Shown piece after piece: positions 24,934-37,700 of a stretch of 64,000 nt of DNA. A program made the translations under genes and the position numbers. Under the pieces are notes generated by a model, which worked only from the letters and a program-made list of their open reading frames with translations, did not search any database and had not been told where the DNA came from. Each line of letters starts with the position of its first letter. Positions within the stretch are counted from its first letter, which is position 1. This DNA is from Marsupella aquatica (Eukaryota; Plantae; Marchantiophyta): NCBI GenBank assembly GCA_973895155.1, contig OZ316895.1, forward strand, positions 12,283,929 to 12,347,928. Direction: 5' to 3'.

Positions 24934-25326
24934 TGCTACCATGGACCACATTTTGGTGGTCCATGGGAGTTTGGGGCCCATAACTTGATGATGGCGAGTT
25001 CTAAAATAATATATATGTTTGTGCACCTGCAAGGGCAACTAGAAAAGGAGGAGACTCAAAAAACACAAGCCCAAACATTCAACTTAACACTATGAGATTT
25101 AATGTAACAAAACTTACCCCCGCAAGTAATGTTATGATGAAAAATTCAACCAAAATGACCAAAAAAATTAGCTGTCACTTCAATGAAAGTGTAGCTTACT
25201 TACTCCTCTAGCATATCTCCAGAACTAAAAATATTTGAATCTATGAATATCAAGGTATTTCAATTAAATTCAATTTGGGGGAAATATGGTGCATAAGGGT
25301 TTTGAAGACCAGACTTGTTGTCCATC
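24934..25326. mobile_element. Copy of a dispersed about 400-bp MITE family (other copies at 52117-52521 and, inverted and partial, about 57850-58125)
   Basis: Shared catgga(c/t)cacattttggtggtccatggg, ctgtcactt, aagtgtagcttac and cctctagca motifs. Confidence 0.7.
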
Positions 25327-25364
25327 AGGACTTCAAATTCCACAGATGGGCAAAACCAACATAT

Positions 25365-25583
25365 AACCCAGAAAAGGTGGATAGCACTAACATGCTCTTG
25401 CCAATTTTTTGTTTAGTAATTAATCATGAACCCCATTTCCCTTCTTTTTTCCTTGAATGAAGCAGAAACCAACAGGACAATACAAACCAGAAAAGGTGCA
25501 TAGCACTATCATGCTCTTGCCAATTTTTTGTTTAATAATTAATCATGAACCCAATTTCCCTTCTTTTTTCCTTGAATGAAGCA
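25365..25583. repeat. About 120-bp tandem duplication
   Basis: ccagaaaaggtg..atagcacta..catgctcttgccaattttttgttta..cttgaatgaagca present twice. Confidence 0.85.
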
Positions 25584-27842
25584 CTTTACTTATGAGAAAA
25601 ATAAACCCAATATAGAGGGAGTAAACAGACCAGACGCAGACACGATCAGAGACTAACATCCACTCAAAGACTGAACGCATTCAGTAGTGACGGAAAACTA
25701 AGGCCAAAAGGTGGAAATGAACCCTGTACTCTTTAGCTGAATGCAAGGTGGTGGTGAACTATAAAGTATCCTAAGCAGGTGCCGTGACATGGTGTGATAT
25801 AGGTGGGCGCACAGATAGGTTTGTGAGTTCTACAGCTACTGAAATTACTGTTGCCTTTATGTAAAGTGAAATTAGTCCAAAAAAAAATAAGAAAGAGTCA
25901 GATTGACATTCTGCTCTGAAAGTTTCTTAAAACAAATTGGCTGGGTTTTTTTTTAAGACCCACTTTGGGTACAAACATCAACTTTGCACACTATGTATGC
26001 AGTAGTGCTGAATTCACTGTAGCTAGGATATCATACATGCCTCAAGACACAAGCGCTATTCCTGACATTATAATGCCTCTGGAGAAGTGTTCCAAAGAAG
26101 TCACTGGACAGAAGGGGGCTTCCAAGGCCCGGGGGTTTGAATGGCTTCTCCGTGGGGGTTTGACATGTCCCCTTACAAGTTTCCGGAAACATATAGAAAC
26201 AATGAGTTTTATTGTGTGGTGGAGAAATTTTGAGAGGGAAGCCCTGACAATGATAAGCCAATTCCCATGGAGGTGTCAACATTGTTCTTCTAAATTAGAG
26301 TTACTCACACTAATTCTTGCAAACTAGTATGTGGGTCCAGCTCAATTCTTTTGGCTGGATGAGATTCCCATCATGCATTCAATAGAGTGTTGTGTATGGA
26401 CTAGATCACATTGTCAAAGTGCATTCAAATGAGTGTTCTATGTAGGACGAGTGTTCTATGTAGGCTAGATCAGATTGCCAGAGTGCATTGAAAGGAGTGT
26501 TATAAATTTGTATTTTTAAATTCATGTGCATAAAATTTAATTTTGTAGAATTGACATCTAAAGCTCATCTACAATAATAAGAGGATGTGACAAGAAAAAT
26601 GAACCCACTAGTTGTAAATATCTATGATATTATCTTGGGCAACTTAGTTTGAAGATTCAATTTGTTAATATATGCTAATAAAACAAAATTCTCATCATTG
26701 TCCTAATGATCATGGCAAGTGGAAATAAAGACAAAAACCATAAGTGTAGAATCATCATAGGTGATTATAGGTGTTGGAGAGAGAGGTCACATAAGTGCTC
26801 ATGGGAGTATGAGCACTTATTTTCTTGCATGATGTGGATTATGTAATCAATTGTACTTTATGATGTTATTTTGTCTTATTATTAAACATAGCTTTCTCCA
26901 TTATGTAGAGATTATAACTCTAATAAACTGAACAAAATAGGTTGGATAGGAGATTTAGTGATGTTGTGTTCAATGTTTAGGGACTAATTTGTTGTGCTTG
27001 TGCAGGTTGATTGGAGGTTGAACTCATGACTCTTTTGGTGTGCCTAGGGAGATCATAGTTGGGGTTTATAGCATACTTCAGACTAGGTGGGAGTATGGTT
27101 TACAGGAGACATTCAAGCTTGGAGGCTGACATCAAGTGGCAGAGTATTTTCTGTATGGCTCTCATCATGTGACCCAGGTAGGTTTGTAGAGTTGCATGTT
27201 TGTTTAATAATTACAGTTTGTATGAATTTTATTAGTTGTGAAGTGGCCCAATGTCCTTTCAATTCAATGGTTGAGCCCCCCTCTTCACCCTTTCTTGAGA
27301 TGAGCATTTTACTCTTGGTTGCTAGACAAACTTGGGAGAATTTACAAATTATTTGACAATCAATAGCAAGCTCAACTCTTTGACAACACTTGAAATACAG
27401 GTTTGCCTTCTTTTTCTTCTCTCCTTATGGTCAAGAAGTGTGATTGCTAATATATTTTGTGATAAACCTATATCAAACATTTGTTCAGTTCCAAGATTAC
27501 CTAAGTCTATTGATCCGTGATAATTATTTCTAGATAAAACAAATTGAAAAGCTCTAATTTGTAACATTCAGATATTCAGATCTAAACTTAGTGTAAGTGT
27601 TGACCTGAAACTTGGAGTTTCAAATTTTACTTGTAAATAATTTTTCAAATCTTGACAACTGGAAAAATGTAAATATTGATACTCTATCTAAGGAACTTTG
27701 CTACAAAGAAAGGCGTAAGAAGATTTTAGATTGAGAGTTATTTCCTTTTGAAATTCCTTTTCCAATAGAAATAGCAAAAGCAAGATAACATTTGATACTA
27801 CTCTTAACATAACATGTCTTTACGTTAAAAATTAAGAAGATC

Positions 27843-28125
27843 ACAAGTTAAGGCATCTTGGTGCCCACATCCGCAAGGTTGGTGTACTTTTTGACCCCAA
27901 TTATAACTTTAAAATTGATAAGGTTACAAGTTAAGGCATTCTGGTGCACACATCCGCAAGGGTCGATGTACTGTTTGACCTCAATTGTAACTTTAAAATT
28001 GATAAGGTTACAAGTTAAGGCATTCTGGTGCACACATCCGCAAGGGTCGGTATACTGTTTGACCCCAATTGTAACTCTGAAATTGATAAGGTTATAAGTT
28101 GAGACATTAAGGTGCACACATCCAT
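27843..28125. repeat. 83-84-bp minisatellite, about 3.4 copies
   Basis: acaagttaaggca units start at 27843, 27926 and 28010, with a partial fourth unit. Confidence 0.9.
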
Positions 28126-28565
28126 AAGTAGGCTTAGAGTAACGAAGATTGGATTAAGACATAGTTGGAATATCAATATATTTTTATCTCACAATTTGGA
28201 GCTAAATTTGAGCTTCAACTTTAACTCTAGATTCCCCTAGCTTTCCTCTATCCCTTAAAGAATGTTCAGCCCATTTGGTTGAGTAGAATAAATGAATTTT
28301 TTTAGAGATCCATGTTGATTTTGGCTTCAACTTAGTTGATTCACATTACTGGCCCATATTTTAATAATTACTTTTCCCAGTTTTTGAGTGACAATTAGCA
28401 TAGATTTGACATGTGCTATATTTCTCACACATTACTATCCTTGCACGTGTTTCCATTCTTGCACACATGGCAATTAGTACACGAGCAACTTTATTGTGCA
28501 TCAACCCACCTTGCACAACTCTCATCATTGATCAACAAACATCAATGGTTAAGACTAGCTTGTTA

Positions 28566-28918
28566 CGGGTCCAGTTAGAGACTCTTGTAAATTTATAAAT
28601 TCAGAGAAAATTCCATGTCATCCATTAATTCTTGTCCATTAGATCCATCCATCACTTGTGTGACCATTGAATACACTTGTGTGGCAACCATGAAGAAAAT
28701 GTTGGCTTCATTTGCAGGAATGATAGACATTCTTTGATGCCAAATTTAAACAAAAACTTGGATAGTACTTGGGGCAATAAAATAAGATAATCACACAAGT
28801 GATACGACACGTTGCAAATCTCCACCATTGATAAGTAAAATCCAACGGACAAGAATTAATGGATGACATGGAATTTTCTCTGAATTTATAAATTTACAAG
28901 AGTCTCTAACTGGACCCG
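28566..28918. mobile_element. Young MITE with a perfect about 72-bp TIR and TA flanks (Tc1/mariner-type target)
   Basis: cgggtccagttagagactcttgtaaatttataaattcagagaaaattccatgtcatccattaattcttgtcc (28566-28637) is the exact reverse complement of 28847-28918; ta lies on both sides. Confidence 0.88.
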
Positions 28919-29571
28919 TAAAAAATTTCTCATGAATTAGTGTGACCTAAATTACAAAACTTGGGATGTACTTTAAACAATAGTTTTTGCCCAATGGAAC
29001 GAAGAAGGTCGGTGCCCTAAGTTCTGCATGAAAATCCTTGGCCATACCATGCATCATTAGATGCTAACACTATAAGTCATGAAGGGTGTAGGTGTCCAAG
29101 TTTGTGAAACACGTGAATGAATCAATCTTGGTCCTAGCATGCATGATTAGTGTAGATACGCATAATTCCCCTCTTACTGTTACTAACAATCATTAGATGC
29201 TAACACTACAACGTAAAGGGTGTAGTGCTAGTTTGTCAAACAAGTGAATCATCAGTCAATCTATATATCACACTGCAAGAAAACAAAAAGCTCCCAAAGC
29301 TCCAAATTGGAAGACAAGATCCCAAAGATAAGAGACCGAATAAAGGATCACCCTGCAAGAAAACAAAAAAGTGCCAATGCAAGAGACAGGATCCCCAAGG
29401 CAAGCTACCCAATAATGGGGCGAACCAATCGTGGCCCTAGCATGCATGAATGAATTAGCCTAGCCAAGCCTAACTCCCCTCTTATTATTGTTTGTAAACC
29501 AAATAGCTACCAAAGCTGTAGCTGTGCCCCTGTAGTTTGTCAACCAATCAAAAGATGTTTTCTTAAAAACT

Positions 29572-30079
29572 CATGTGAATCAAATCATAGCAGGCTTCCC
29601 CCCTTTATTGGGTCTCCTGTCTTTGAAATAGTGTATCCAGATTAGACGCCTTTTGGTGTTGGCACTATCATATCAATCAATTAAAGGGGGTTCTGTTAAA
29701 AAACTTCTACTCTACTCTATGACCATAACAGACAGCCGGGCGTCGACTCCAACCGACGTGAAATTCTCCTGGGTAAAAAACTGCTGTTCGTCCCTAAAGC
29801 AGATTGGGGGTCACTCAAATAATCATGTGAATCACATCAAAGGAGGCTTCTCCCCTTTATCGGGTCCCCTGTCTTTGAACTAGTGTCCCCAGATTGGACG
29901 CGTTTTTGGTTTTTGCACTGTCATATATAAACCAATCAATCAAAGCAGGTTCTGTTAAAAAATTCAACACTACTCTATGACCAGAACATTATAGCGGGCG
30001 TCCGTCGGCTTCAACCGACGTGAAAATTCTCCTGGGGGTAAAAAAGTGTTGTTCGTTACTGAAGCAGAATGGGGGTCAC
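29572..30079. repeat. About 250-bp tandem duplication
   Basis: tcatgtgaatca, cctgtctttgaa, ggttctgttaaaaa, caaccgacgtgaaa and gggggtcac each present twice in the same order. Confidence 0.85.
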
Positions 30080-32310
30080 GTGATCAGGCCTACTCTATGA
30101 TACAGTGCCCGATCGCGAGTGCCGTGCCGCACTACGTGTCGAGCAAAACTCCCCGCCGGGATACTTTATGCAGTATTCCGACGTAGGTTCTCAGACCCAT
30201 CCCGAAAATAATAACACTGTGAATATATTTATGCTCTCAGACCCATCCCGGAAGTACTAATAATACTCGATTGCTAATAATATTAGGGACGCGAGCTAAA
30301 AAAACAGATAGCATGGATGAGGTTACGGGCAGCGAAGGGCAGGCTGACTGGTCCTGTTGACCAAGGGTCAGGGCTGCCCGGCAAGGTGAACGAAGCGGCC
30401 GCTGACTCTCAACGCTGGATGCCATCATCTCATTACCGTGCGCGTGTGCTCATCCCCGCCACTACTCATTGTCGGGACCCGCGCGAATAATAACGACTCG
30501 TTCATTTTGACGGGGTCCGAAAGAAAACCGAGGCTCTCTCTAAGTGCAACCTCAATAAGCGCAAAAACTGGGTTAGTGCAAGTCATCATGTTCTTTCTTT
30601 TTTAGTTTCACACTTGAGTTTGCACTTGTTTTTGGCACCTTTTCTAAGCGCAAGCAAACCTGGAGTCATTTCACTAAGTGACAACTTTTTAACAGTGAAA
30701 AGACTTTTAATAAGTGCAATTGGTACTCTAGTAAGAAATAATGTAATCTCATCAGATTGCATTTACTGATAAGTGCACAACCTTTTTAAGTAGAGCAAAA
30801 ATGCTCTTACAGAGTTGGAGACCTAATTTAAGCCAGGGATGTACAATTCGTGTAACAAGTTGCAAGACTACTCACTGATGGAGGGGCCACTTATCAATAA
30901 GTGCAAAATTTAGGGGGTGTGACACTTATCAAGGAATTGAAAAATTGGTTTGGTGCACAATGGATCCGTCTTCCCAAGATAGTGCACTTATGGAGAGTCA
31001 CTGTACTTGCTCTTGAGTGCAGAAAGTGTCCTAACAGAATTGAACCCCGTACTCACCATTACAGGCATCTCCATAGTACAGCTGGGTCTTAAGTGCACAC
31101 TCCATAAGTGAAAAACCTGCCTACTTGCAAGACATCCGATTTTTTGGGCATTTTCTGTTAGTGCAAAGAGGTCTCCACTAAACAACAATCACGTAAGTGC
31201 GAAATCCTCTGTAAGGGAAAGAACACAAAATCCTATGTGAAACTCTTATCCAGTGCCTACCATCTTTATGTATAAGCTGAATGAATGTTGCTGCCGCTAA
31301 TATGATTTTCTACCGGTCTGCCCGCAGCCCGAGCAGTGGACTGTTCAGATCTAAGCCCACAGCCAATCCGTCTTGCCCGTCACTGATAATTACGCAACAA
31401 AAACAACCCTCTATATGCGAAACTGATAATAATAATAATACACTGCCATGGCTTTGGAAGCTGGGGGTCGGGGGCGATGACCGTGGCCCGTAGATTACGG
31501 ACCATCGACGGCACGGAAGCAGATGCGGATACCTCAGGGGGCGCGGATACGGTGTCGTTGGTTACAGAATCATACGGTACTGGGGTGCGTAGGAGGCGAC
31601 CTACTCGTCCTTCTGTGTACGGGCAAGCGTGACATTTTACCTTACGGCTGGGCAGCAGTACGTACAGTACGGGTCGTCGCATGTTGTGCCGTGCCGCGGG
31701 CACTGATTTTTCTCGGAGGGGAAAATTATGTGGGACCCATTCGTAGATTGAGAGAGAGCCGTTGGATTTCTCCTGGGTTTGAAGGAGAGCCGTGAGATGT
31801 CTGATTTTGGCGACTCGAGAATCGGGCGAGTGCAGCAGCATCAGTAGTGTGCTGTGCGGCGTCGTGCGAACGAACGAACGAAGGAACGACGGGGACGAGC
31901 TCTTGAAGACTTGAATGGGCGGTTGGGAAAATTGGGATGAGTGGAGTACTCTGGAGTGGGCTAGTGTTGTTCATCGAGCACAGAGCGAGCGAGGCGAGCG
32001 ACGAGCGTAATTAAATCGGTGGGCGGAAAGGTGGAGGAATCAATAAATAATCAAAGAGCCGGAATGATGCCTGATGTGTCGGAAATTCCCCCAATCCACG
32101 GTGGAAGAGTTTCCTCAGTCCTCGCCTGGTTCGACGATTGATGGGAATTAAGGTGTGTACTTGCTCCGGAATCCGGATCTCCGCAGGGAAAATGATGGAG
32201 GCCTCGTCGTAGAGCTTCGTGGACTCAGATCCGAGAGGGGAGGATGGAAGATTATAATGAAGTGGGGTGGACTGTTCCTGCAAGCTGGGCCTGGAGGCGT
32301 CAGGAATGGC

Positions 32311-33105
32311 CATGCATGCAGCTGGAGCACGCACAGCTACGTGCTCGGTAGGCATCGCTGGTGTACCGCAACTCACTGGAGCTCAGCGAGATGGATATAG
32401 ATGGATAGCCACTAATTAGCCAGGCTGATGAGCTGCTCCGGCTTCCGCTCGGTAACGAGTTGTTGTTGGTTTTGTTGTCGCTGCTGCAGCTGCAATGCTG
32501 CTCCATTCGCCCTCCATGCACGAGCGTGCGTGCATGAATGCCTGCCGCATCCATGCTGTGCGGCCTCCTCCCCGACTTGTTTGCTTGCTTGCTTGCAGAC
32601 GTGTACAGTAGTAGTACATACAGTAGTCCACACAATCTCGTTCACCACCCCCCCGTTGATGAGAAAAAGAAGAAAAGGGGAAAGCTCAAAGCGGAAGGAA
32701 TCCATCCATCCGAAGGCCTCCATCAATCCACAGTTCCACACTGCCCTAGCAGCAGTGATAGCAGTCGTAGGGAGTCTAGTTCCACTGTACCATTGCAGCC
32801 CCACCAAGCTCCGTCAGAACCGGCTTGGCTTGCTTCGCCTTGCCTGTTGCTTGCTTGTTGCGGTGGCGTTGCTGCTGCTGTTGTGTGGGTGCTGTGATCG
32901 CTTGCCTCTCTGGCTCGCGAGAGCGTTGGCATGGCAGCTAGCGTAGCGCTTCGGCGTAACGTAGCGTGCCTAGCAGATTGGGTCAGAGCAGATCAGTAGA
33001 GCAAAAGTAGCAGCAGCGGCAGCAGGCAGCTAGATGGCGAAGACGTCCGTATACCAACTTTACAGTAACAGATGACATGACTGGCCCATGACTACCTTGT
33101 GCATG
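32311..33105. promoter_or_regulatory. Cluster of RY/Sph elements upstream of VAL
   Basis: CATGCATGCA at 32311-32320, CATGCA at 32515-32520, TGCATG at 32531-32536 and 33100-33105. Confidence 0.5.
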
Positions 33106-34704
33106 GCGGATCTCTACGTAATCTCTCCCTCGCCTCCCCGCACTCATCTCTCTCCTGTGCCATGTTACAGCAGCAGCAGAGCTCTGTCTCTCTCCCCCCC
33201 TCTCTCTCTCTCTGGTCCATGCTTCAGGTTTTCCACCGAGCCAGGACTCCAACAGACAGCAGCAGCCCGACAGCGTCTTCCCCTCTCTTCTCCCCCCTCG
33301 TTCTCCGCGAAGCTCTGATGTCCCCCCTGCTCTCTGCTGCAGAGCTGCAGCAGGGATCGTAGACTCTTTCATCCAGTATCCATCACCTCCCCCGGTCGGC
33401 GCGCTGGCCTTACCTCTTGGCATCATTGACCGGCTGCTAACTTACAGCTGCCGACTTTGCCCAAAATCAGGGCCCCATCCATACGAAACCGATGGGCGCC
33501 TGGTGCAGTCCCCCGCTGCCGCCTGCCTGATTGAAGAGCTGAATGAATGTTGCTGCCGCTAATCGGATTCTTCGGGAGCAGCCAACGAGACGGCTCACTT
33601 CGGATGGTGGCACGTAGTGTTCTGTTCTCAATCTCGTTGTGCGGTTGTTGTCGTCGTTATTAATGCGTTGTTGTTGTCGTCGTCGCTCCCTTTGCAATCA
33701 ATCGTTGAGCTGCTGCCCACGGTCCTGTTACTTTACCAAGGTTTAGCAAGGATTTTTTTTTCTAATTTTTAAAACTTTTGAGGTGAAGTTCTGTTGTATG
33801 AGGTCGTTGTTGCGTCCCGCTTTGAGCTGGGAGGTCTTCTCTGCTGACCCAGCAGCGCGCGGGTAGAAGGAATTATGTCGTGCACCTGAGGGATTAGGCT
33901 GGTCCACGCACCTTTTGGGACTGGATGTGTCGCTTGTCCATATCGTAAGATTCCCCGTGCGTACTTTCGGGTATGTCGGGAGGCAGGGTTTACGTCTCTG
34001 TGGGTTTGGAGAATGGTGGGAATGTATCTGATTACTCGAGTTGTGAACGTCCTCGTATTGCCTAGTGCACAAGTTGCGAGACGGGAAATTGTGAATATTG
34101 ATTGTGCAGATCTGGGCTGCTCTGCCTCTTGCTTGTTTATATTCGGTGATTATGCATCCTGGATATAGAAGGCGTGTCGCAACAGTCTCTGCCATTTGCA
34201 GTGTTGATTGACGGTCCTTGTTGCTGCGGCAGGGCTTGGCTTGGTTAGGGTTGGTTTGAAGGCTCCCGGGTAGTGGTATGAAATTAAGTCCTTGCTTTAG
34301 GACGATCTTAACTGGACAACTGAAGCTGGAGTTAAGTGTTGTGTTCCCCATCATGTCGTAATGTGCCGGGCGTTTATTGCTGTAATTGGATTGGCATGAT
34401 CGCAGGCAGGTTTTGAGATCCAGAGAGTCATCATCAGTGTCCTGCATTGAAGTCAACGCTGCTGATGAGTAGCGACAGTCTGACCTACCCTGGAACTGAG
34501 GGATCGAGGAAGATGCATAGCAGAGTGTGGAATGGATTAAGAGCAAGGGACAGACAACGGCAGGATAAAGCGGGGGATTGTAGATAGTAGGCAGAATGGT
34601 TGAATTACAGGGATGCGTGCTGTGGATCTTTTGAATCATACTGAGGAGGAAGAATTTTTGTTGGAATTGGCTTGGGGGAGCCTTGGGAAGTCGAGGCTAA
34701 CAAC

Positions 34705-37700
34705 ATGGAGCGGGCAGGAGGATCCGGTCTGCGGAAAGTGTGCATGAATGTCAAGTGTGGCACGAGTAGCTCCAACAATTGGAAGCCGGGTTGGGTTCTT
34801 CGGTCTGGTCGCCCCTGTGAACTCTGTGAAGCTTGTGGGTACGATTTCTTCTCTCCCTTTCAATCTGTGATGGTCTAAGTCATCTGTCGTCCGTCGCCCT
34901 AAATTATGTCATCTTCATTCCTGATAATATTCGCCTCTCATACACTTGTTCCTTGGTTGCATTGTCTTTGGAGTTCCTACCCCCCGTCCACAAATCCCTG
35001 CTTGAACAAGGGCATGGAGGCATAAGCTGAAGTTCTGTAATTGCCCTCAAAGTAATACTAGTAGAACACTAGCTTGACGGCAGTCAGCGTTTCACCGATG
35101 CATTACAGTTGCCTCGGAATAATCTTTAGGAAAGCGATTGAAACTTGAGAATTGTCATTGAAGGGATAGCAATAGGGAGAGATCCACTAGGCAATAGAAT
35201 TGTCTTTGAGGGGATAGCACGCAGTAGAGCGTCTTATCTTATTCGGAAAATTTGGAGGTCGGTCAGTACTTCGCCGCTTCAATGATCGGAACTGCCTCTT
35301 AAGTCTAGGCATGGCGTATGCCAATGTGCACCAGTCGGCAACATATGAAGAGGTCTTACTTGTTTCCAAGGGTGGGAGTAAATTCGACGAGGGGACTACA
35401 CTTGGGTAGAAATTCGATTGAATCGGCCCACCTGGATAGGGAGCATTTCCAGGATGAAATTGTGGAACAGAGTGGAAGATGTGCAGTGAGTTCTGATCTC
35501 TTTTGTCTCAGGTTGGTGTTTGAGCAAGGGCGCTTCTGCGAATCGTTTCATTCTGATGATGCAGGGTGGAGAACTTGTAACACCTGCAAGAAGGTATTCC
35601 CAATTACTTCTATTTCCTGCCGACATCTATGTTTGTCATTATCTAGAGAATCTGGACAATAGGTTCTGGACTGGGTTGTTTCTTCCTGGATCTGTTTGGT
35701 TGTCAAAGAGTTCATCTTCTTGTACACCAGGTCTGATTCTTTTTACCTTTTGGCAGCGAGTTCACTGTGGTTGCATTGCTTCCCTCTACTCTTTTGTTCT
35801 GCTCGATGCTGGTGGGGTGGAGTGCCAGATATGTTCCAACAATGGGGCTACCCCAGGATTGGTACGTCAACGTCCGCAATCTAAAATTCGAATCGATGAG
35901 TCTAGGAATTGTACAGGATACCAATCATATTTCAATCATAAGGACAATGCTAGATACATCTCGGGTCTATGATTCCAAGCAAAATAAGAATTTGCAGTAA
36001 ACGAGCTTTCCATTTGCTAGTTCCTGAGACAGACATTTATCAATGTGGAATGAATTATTGTTTTAGTTTTGGACAACTTTTTTTTTAATATTTGTTATTC
36101 AAGGTCGGTCCAGGCGCCCGCTGGAATGGACTTATAATACTTTCTGCTTCCTTCGCAGGCAAAACATCTGGTTCAACATCTTATTGCTCCCTCTCCTCTG
36201 CCACAAAGAGTTGTAGATCCTATAATGAGAGGCTGGAGTGAGCCATTTGGACCCAGAGTTGCTCGACCAGTTGACGTGGGCATGCCTTGGCAGCCTTACC
36301 CATCAACGTGGTACACAACAAGCAATAGTGTAGTAGGCGAGGCGCCAAGGGGTTGGACTAGATCAATTGCCGTAAGAGAACAAGAAGGACCAGGGGTCGT
36401 GAGAAGCTTTCCTGAAGTTGAGCGGGCAGCTGAAGGGAATACGCCAGAAAATTTGACCAAGGGATTACTAGTCAGACCAGAGGAATCACAGGTGGATACA
36501 AAGCTTGCCTCTGCAACGAAGGATTATTCCACTTCCGCTGAAAATCCTGGAGACTCCACAGATGGGGACCAGCAGGTCGCAGACAGTAGCCCAACAGGGT
36601 ATTCGAGGGAGACAGTTGGTGGAGTTCCTGATCGTGGCCTAGGTGATTATGACCGAGACTCTCCATTGCATCTAGTCTGGATTCAAGAGCACCTTTGATG
36701 TTGTCTCCTATCGATGATGACGCGGCTAAACTTTCTACGGAATCTTCATGTGTTCTTGCAGGGAAGGGTCTGTATCCAGTGCAAGACCTTCTTGGTCCTA
36801 GCGTTGGTCCTAGCGCATTGACAAGCCTGAGTATCGGAACTCCTTCAGGGAAAAATGGACATGTTGATGGCAGCCAGCAGGGACATTTGATCGGATTGGC
36901 AGGTGGAATTGCTTCAACAGGAGTTGCTGGTGCATCTGGGATAAGTGGGGAATCAAAGGACGTCATTACGAAGCTCAATGGTCAGAGTCCTAATCGATCA
37001 CGCCAGCGGCACTTATTACCCAGACCGTTCCAGGCCGGGACCCCCATTCCACCTGTTGGTCACGCAGATACGAAAAGCAATGAAACAGGATCTCTTCGTG
37101 TTGCACGTCCACCGGGACAAGGAAGAGGGCGCAACCAGTTATTACCGCGGTACTGGCCCCGAATAACGGATCAAGAATTGCAACAAATAACTTCTGGAGA
37201 GTATCCTTACAATATGTTTTCGAAGTTTTGTGAACCTCCATTTCAAGGAGAATGCGTAGAATTCAGAACTATTTCATAAGGGGCGTCCACTTAGTTGAAG
37301 ATGAGTCTCGAAACTTTGATGGCGCTATCACCCTCATGATTCATTATCATGAGTCATTAATGAGGTGAGATTTTCGATGTAGAATCATCTTCTAGGAGTT
37401 ATTCTCGGTGTGTCTGTAGTCTTGTGACAAACGGTTCAGGAGATGAAGTATGAATTGGCATCTCACATGTCTAATGGCCCCTCTGACTTCTAGTGACGAG
37501 AGTGAAGCCGGGCGAAATATTCAGTATCATGTGGTTGCATGTGTTGCTAATGTTGCGTGTTTGGGTTTGTGCCCTTCATTCTGTTTCTATTCCTTGACCA
37601 TCGCAAAGCTCGAACACAACGATTACCCCTTTGTTTGAGAAGATGCTGAGTGCAAGTGATGCTGGTCGAATTGGCCGCCTTGTCCTTCCAAAAGCCTGTG

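Noticed and set aside
27010-27060. tRNA gene (box-B-like gagttcaacc on the minus strand; similar at 60508-60565)
   Set aside because: No cloverleaf or acceptor stem; at most decayed SINE sequence.
32011-33426. Many overlapping 60-170-aa ORFs upstream of VAL
   Set aside because: They arise from GC-rich low-complexity (gct/cag, ga/ct) regulatory sequence on both strands; no domains or conserved uORF peptide recognised.
36643-36761. Apparent frameshift between VAL ORFs 36225-36698 and 36695-37279
   Set aside because: Resolved by a 119-nt phase-1 GT-AG intron; not a pseudogene lesion.
37321-37341. ggcgctatcaccctcatga resembling a miR390 target site
   Set aside because: Needs a 2-nt insertion, pairs poorly to the miRNA 5' end and lies in a VAL intron.
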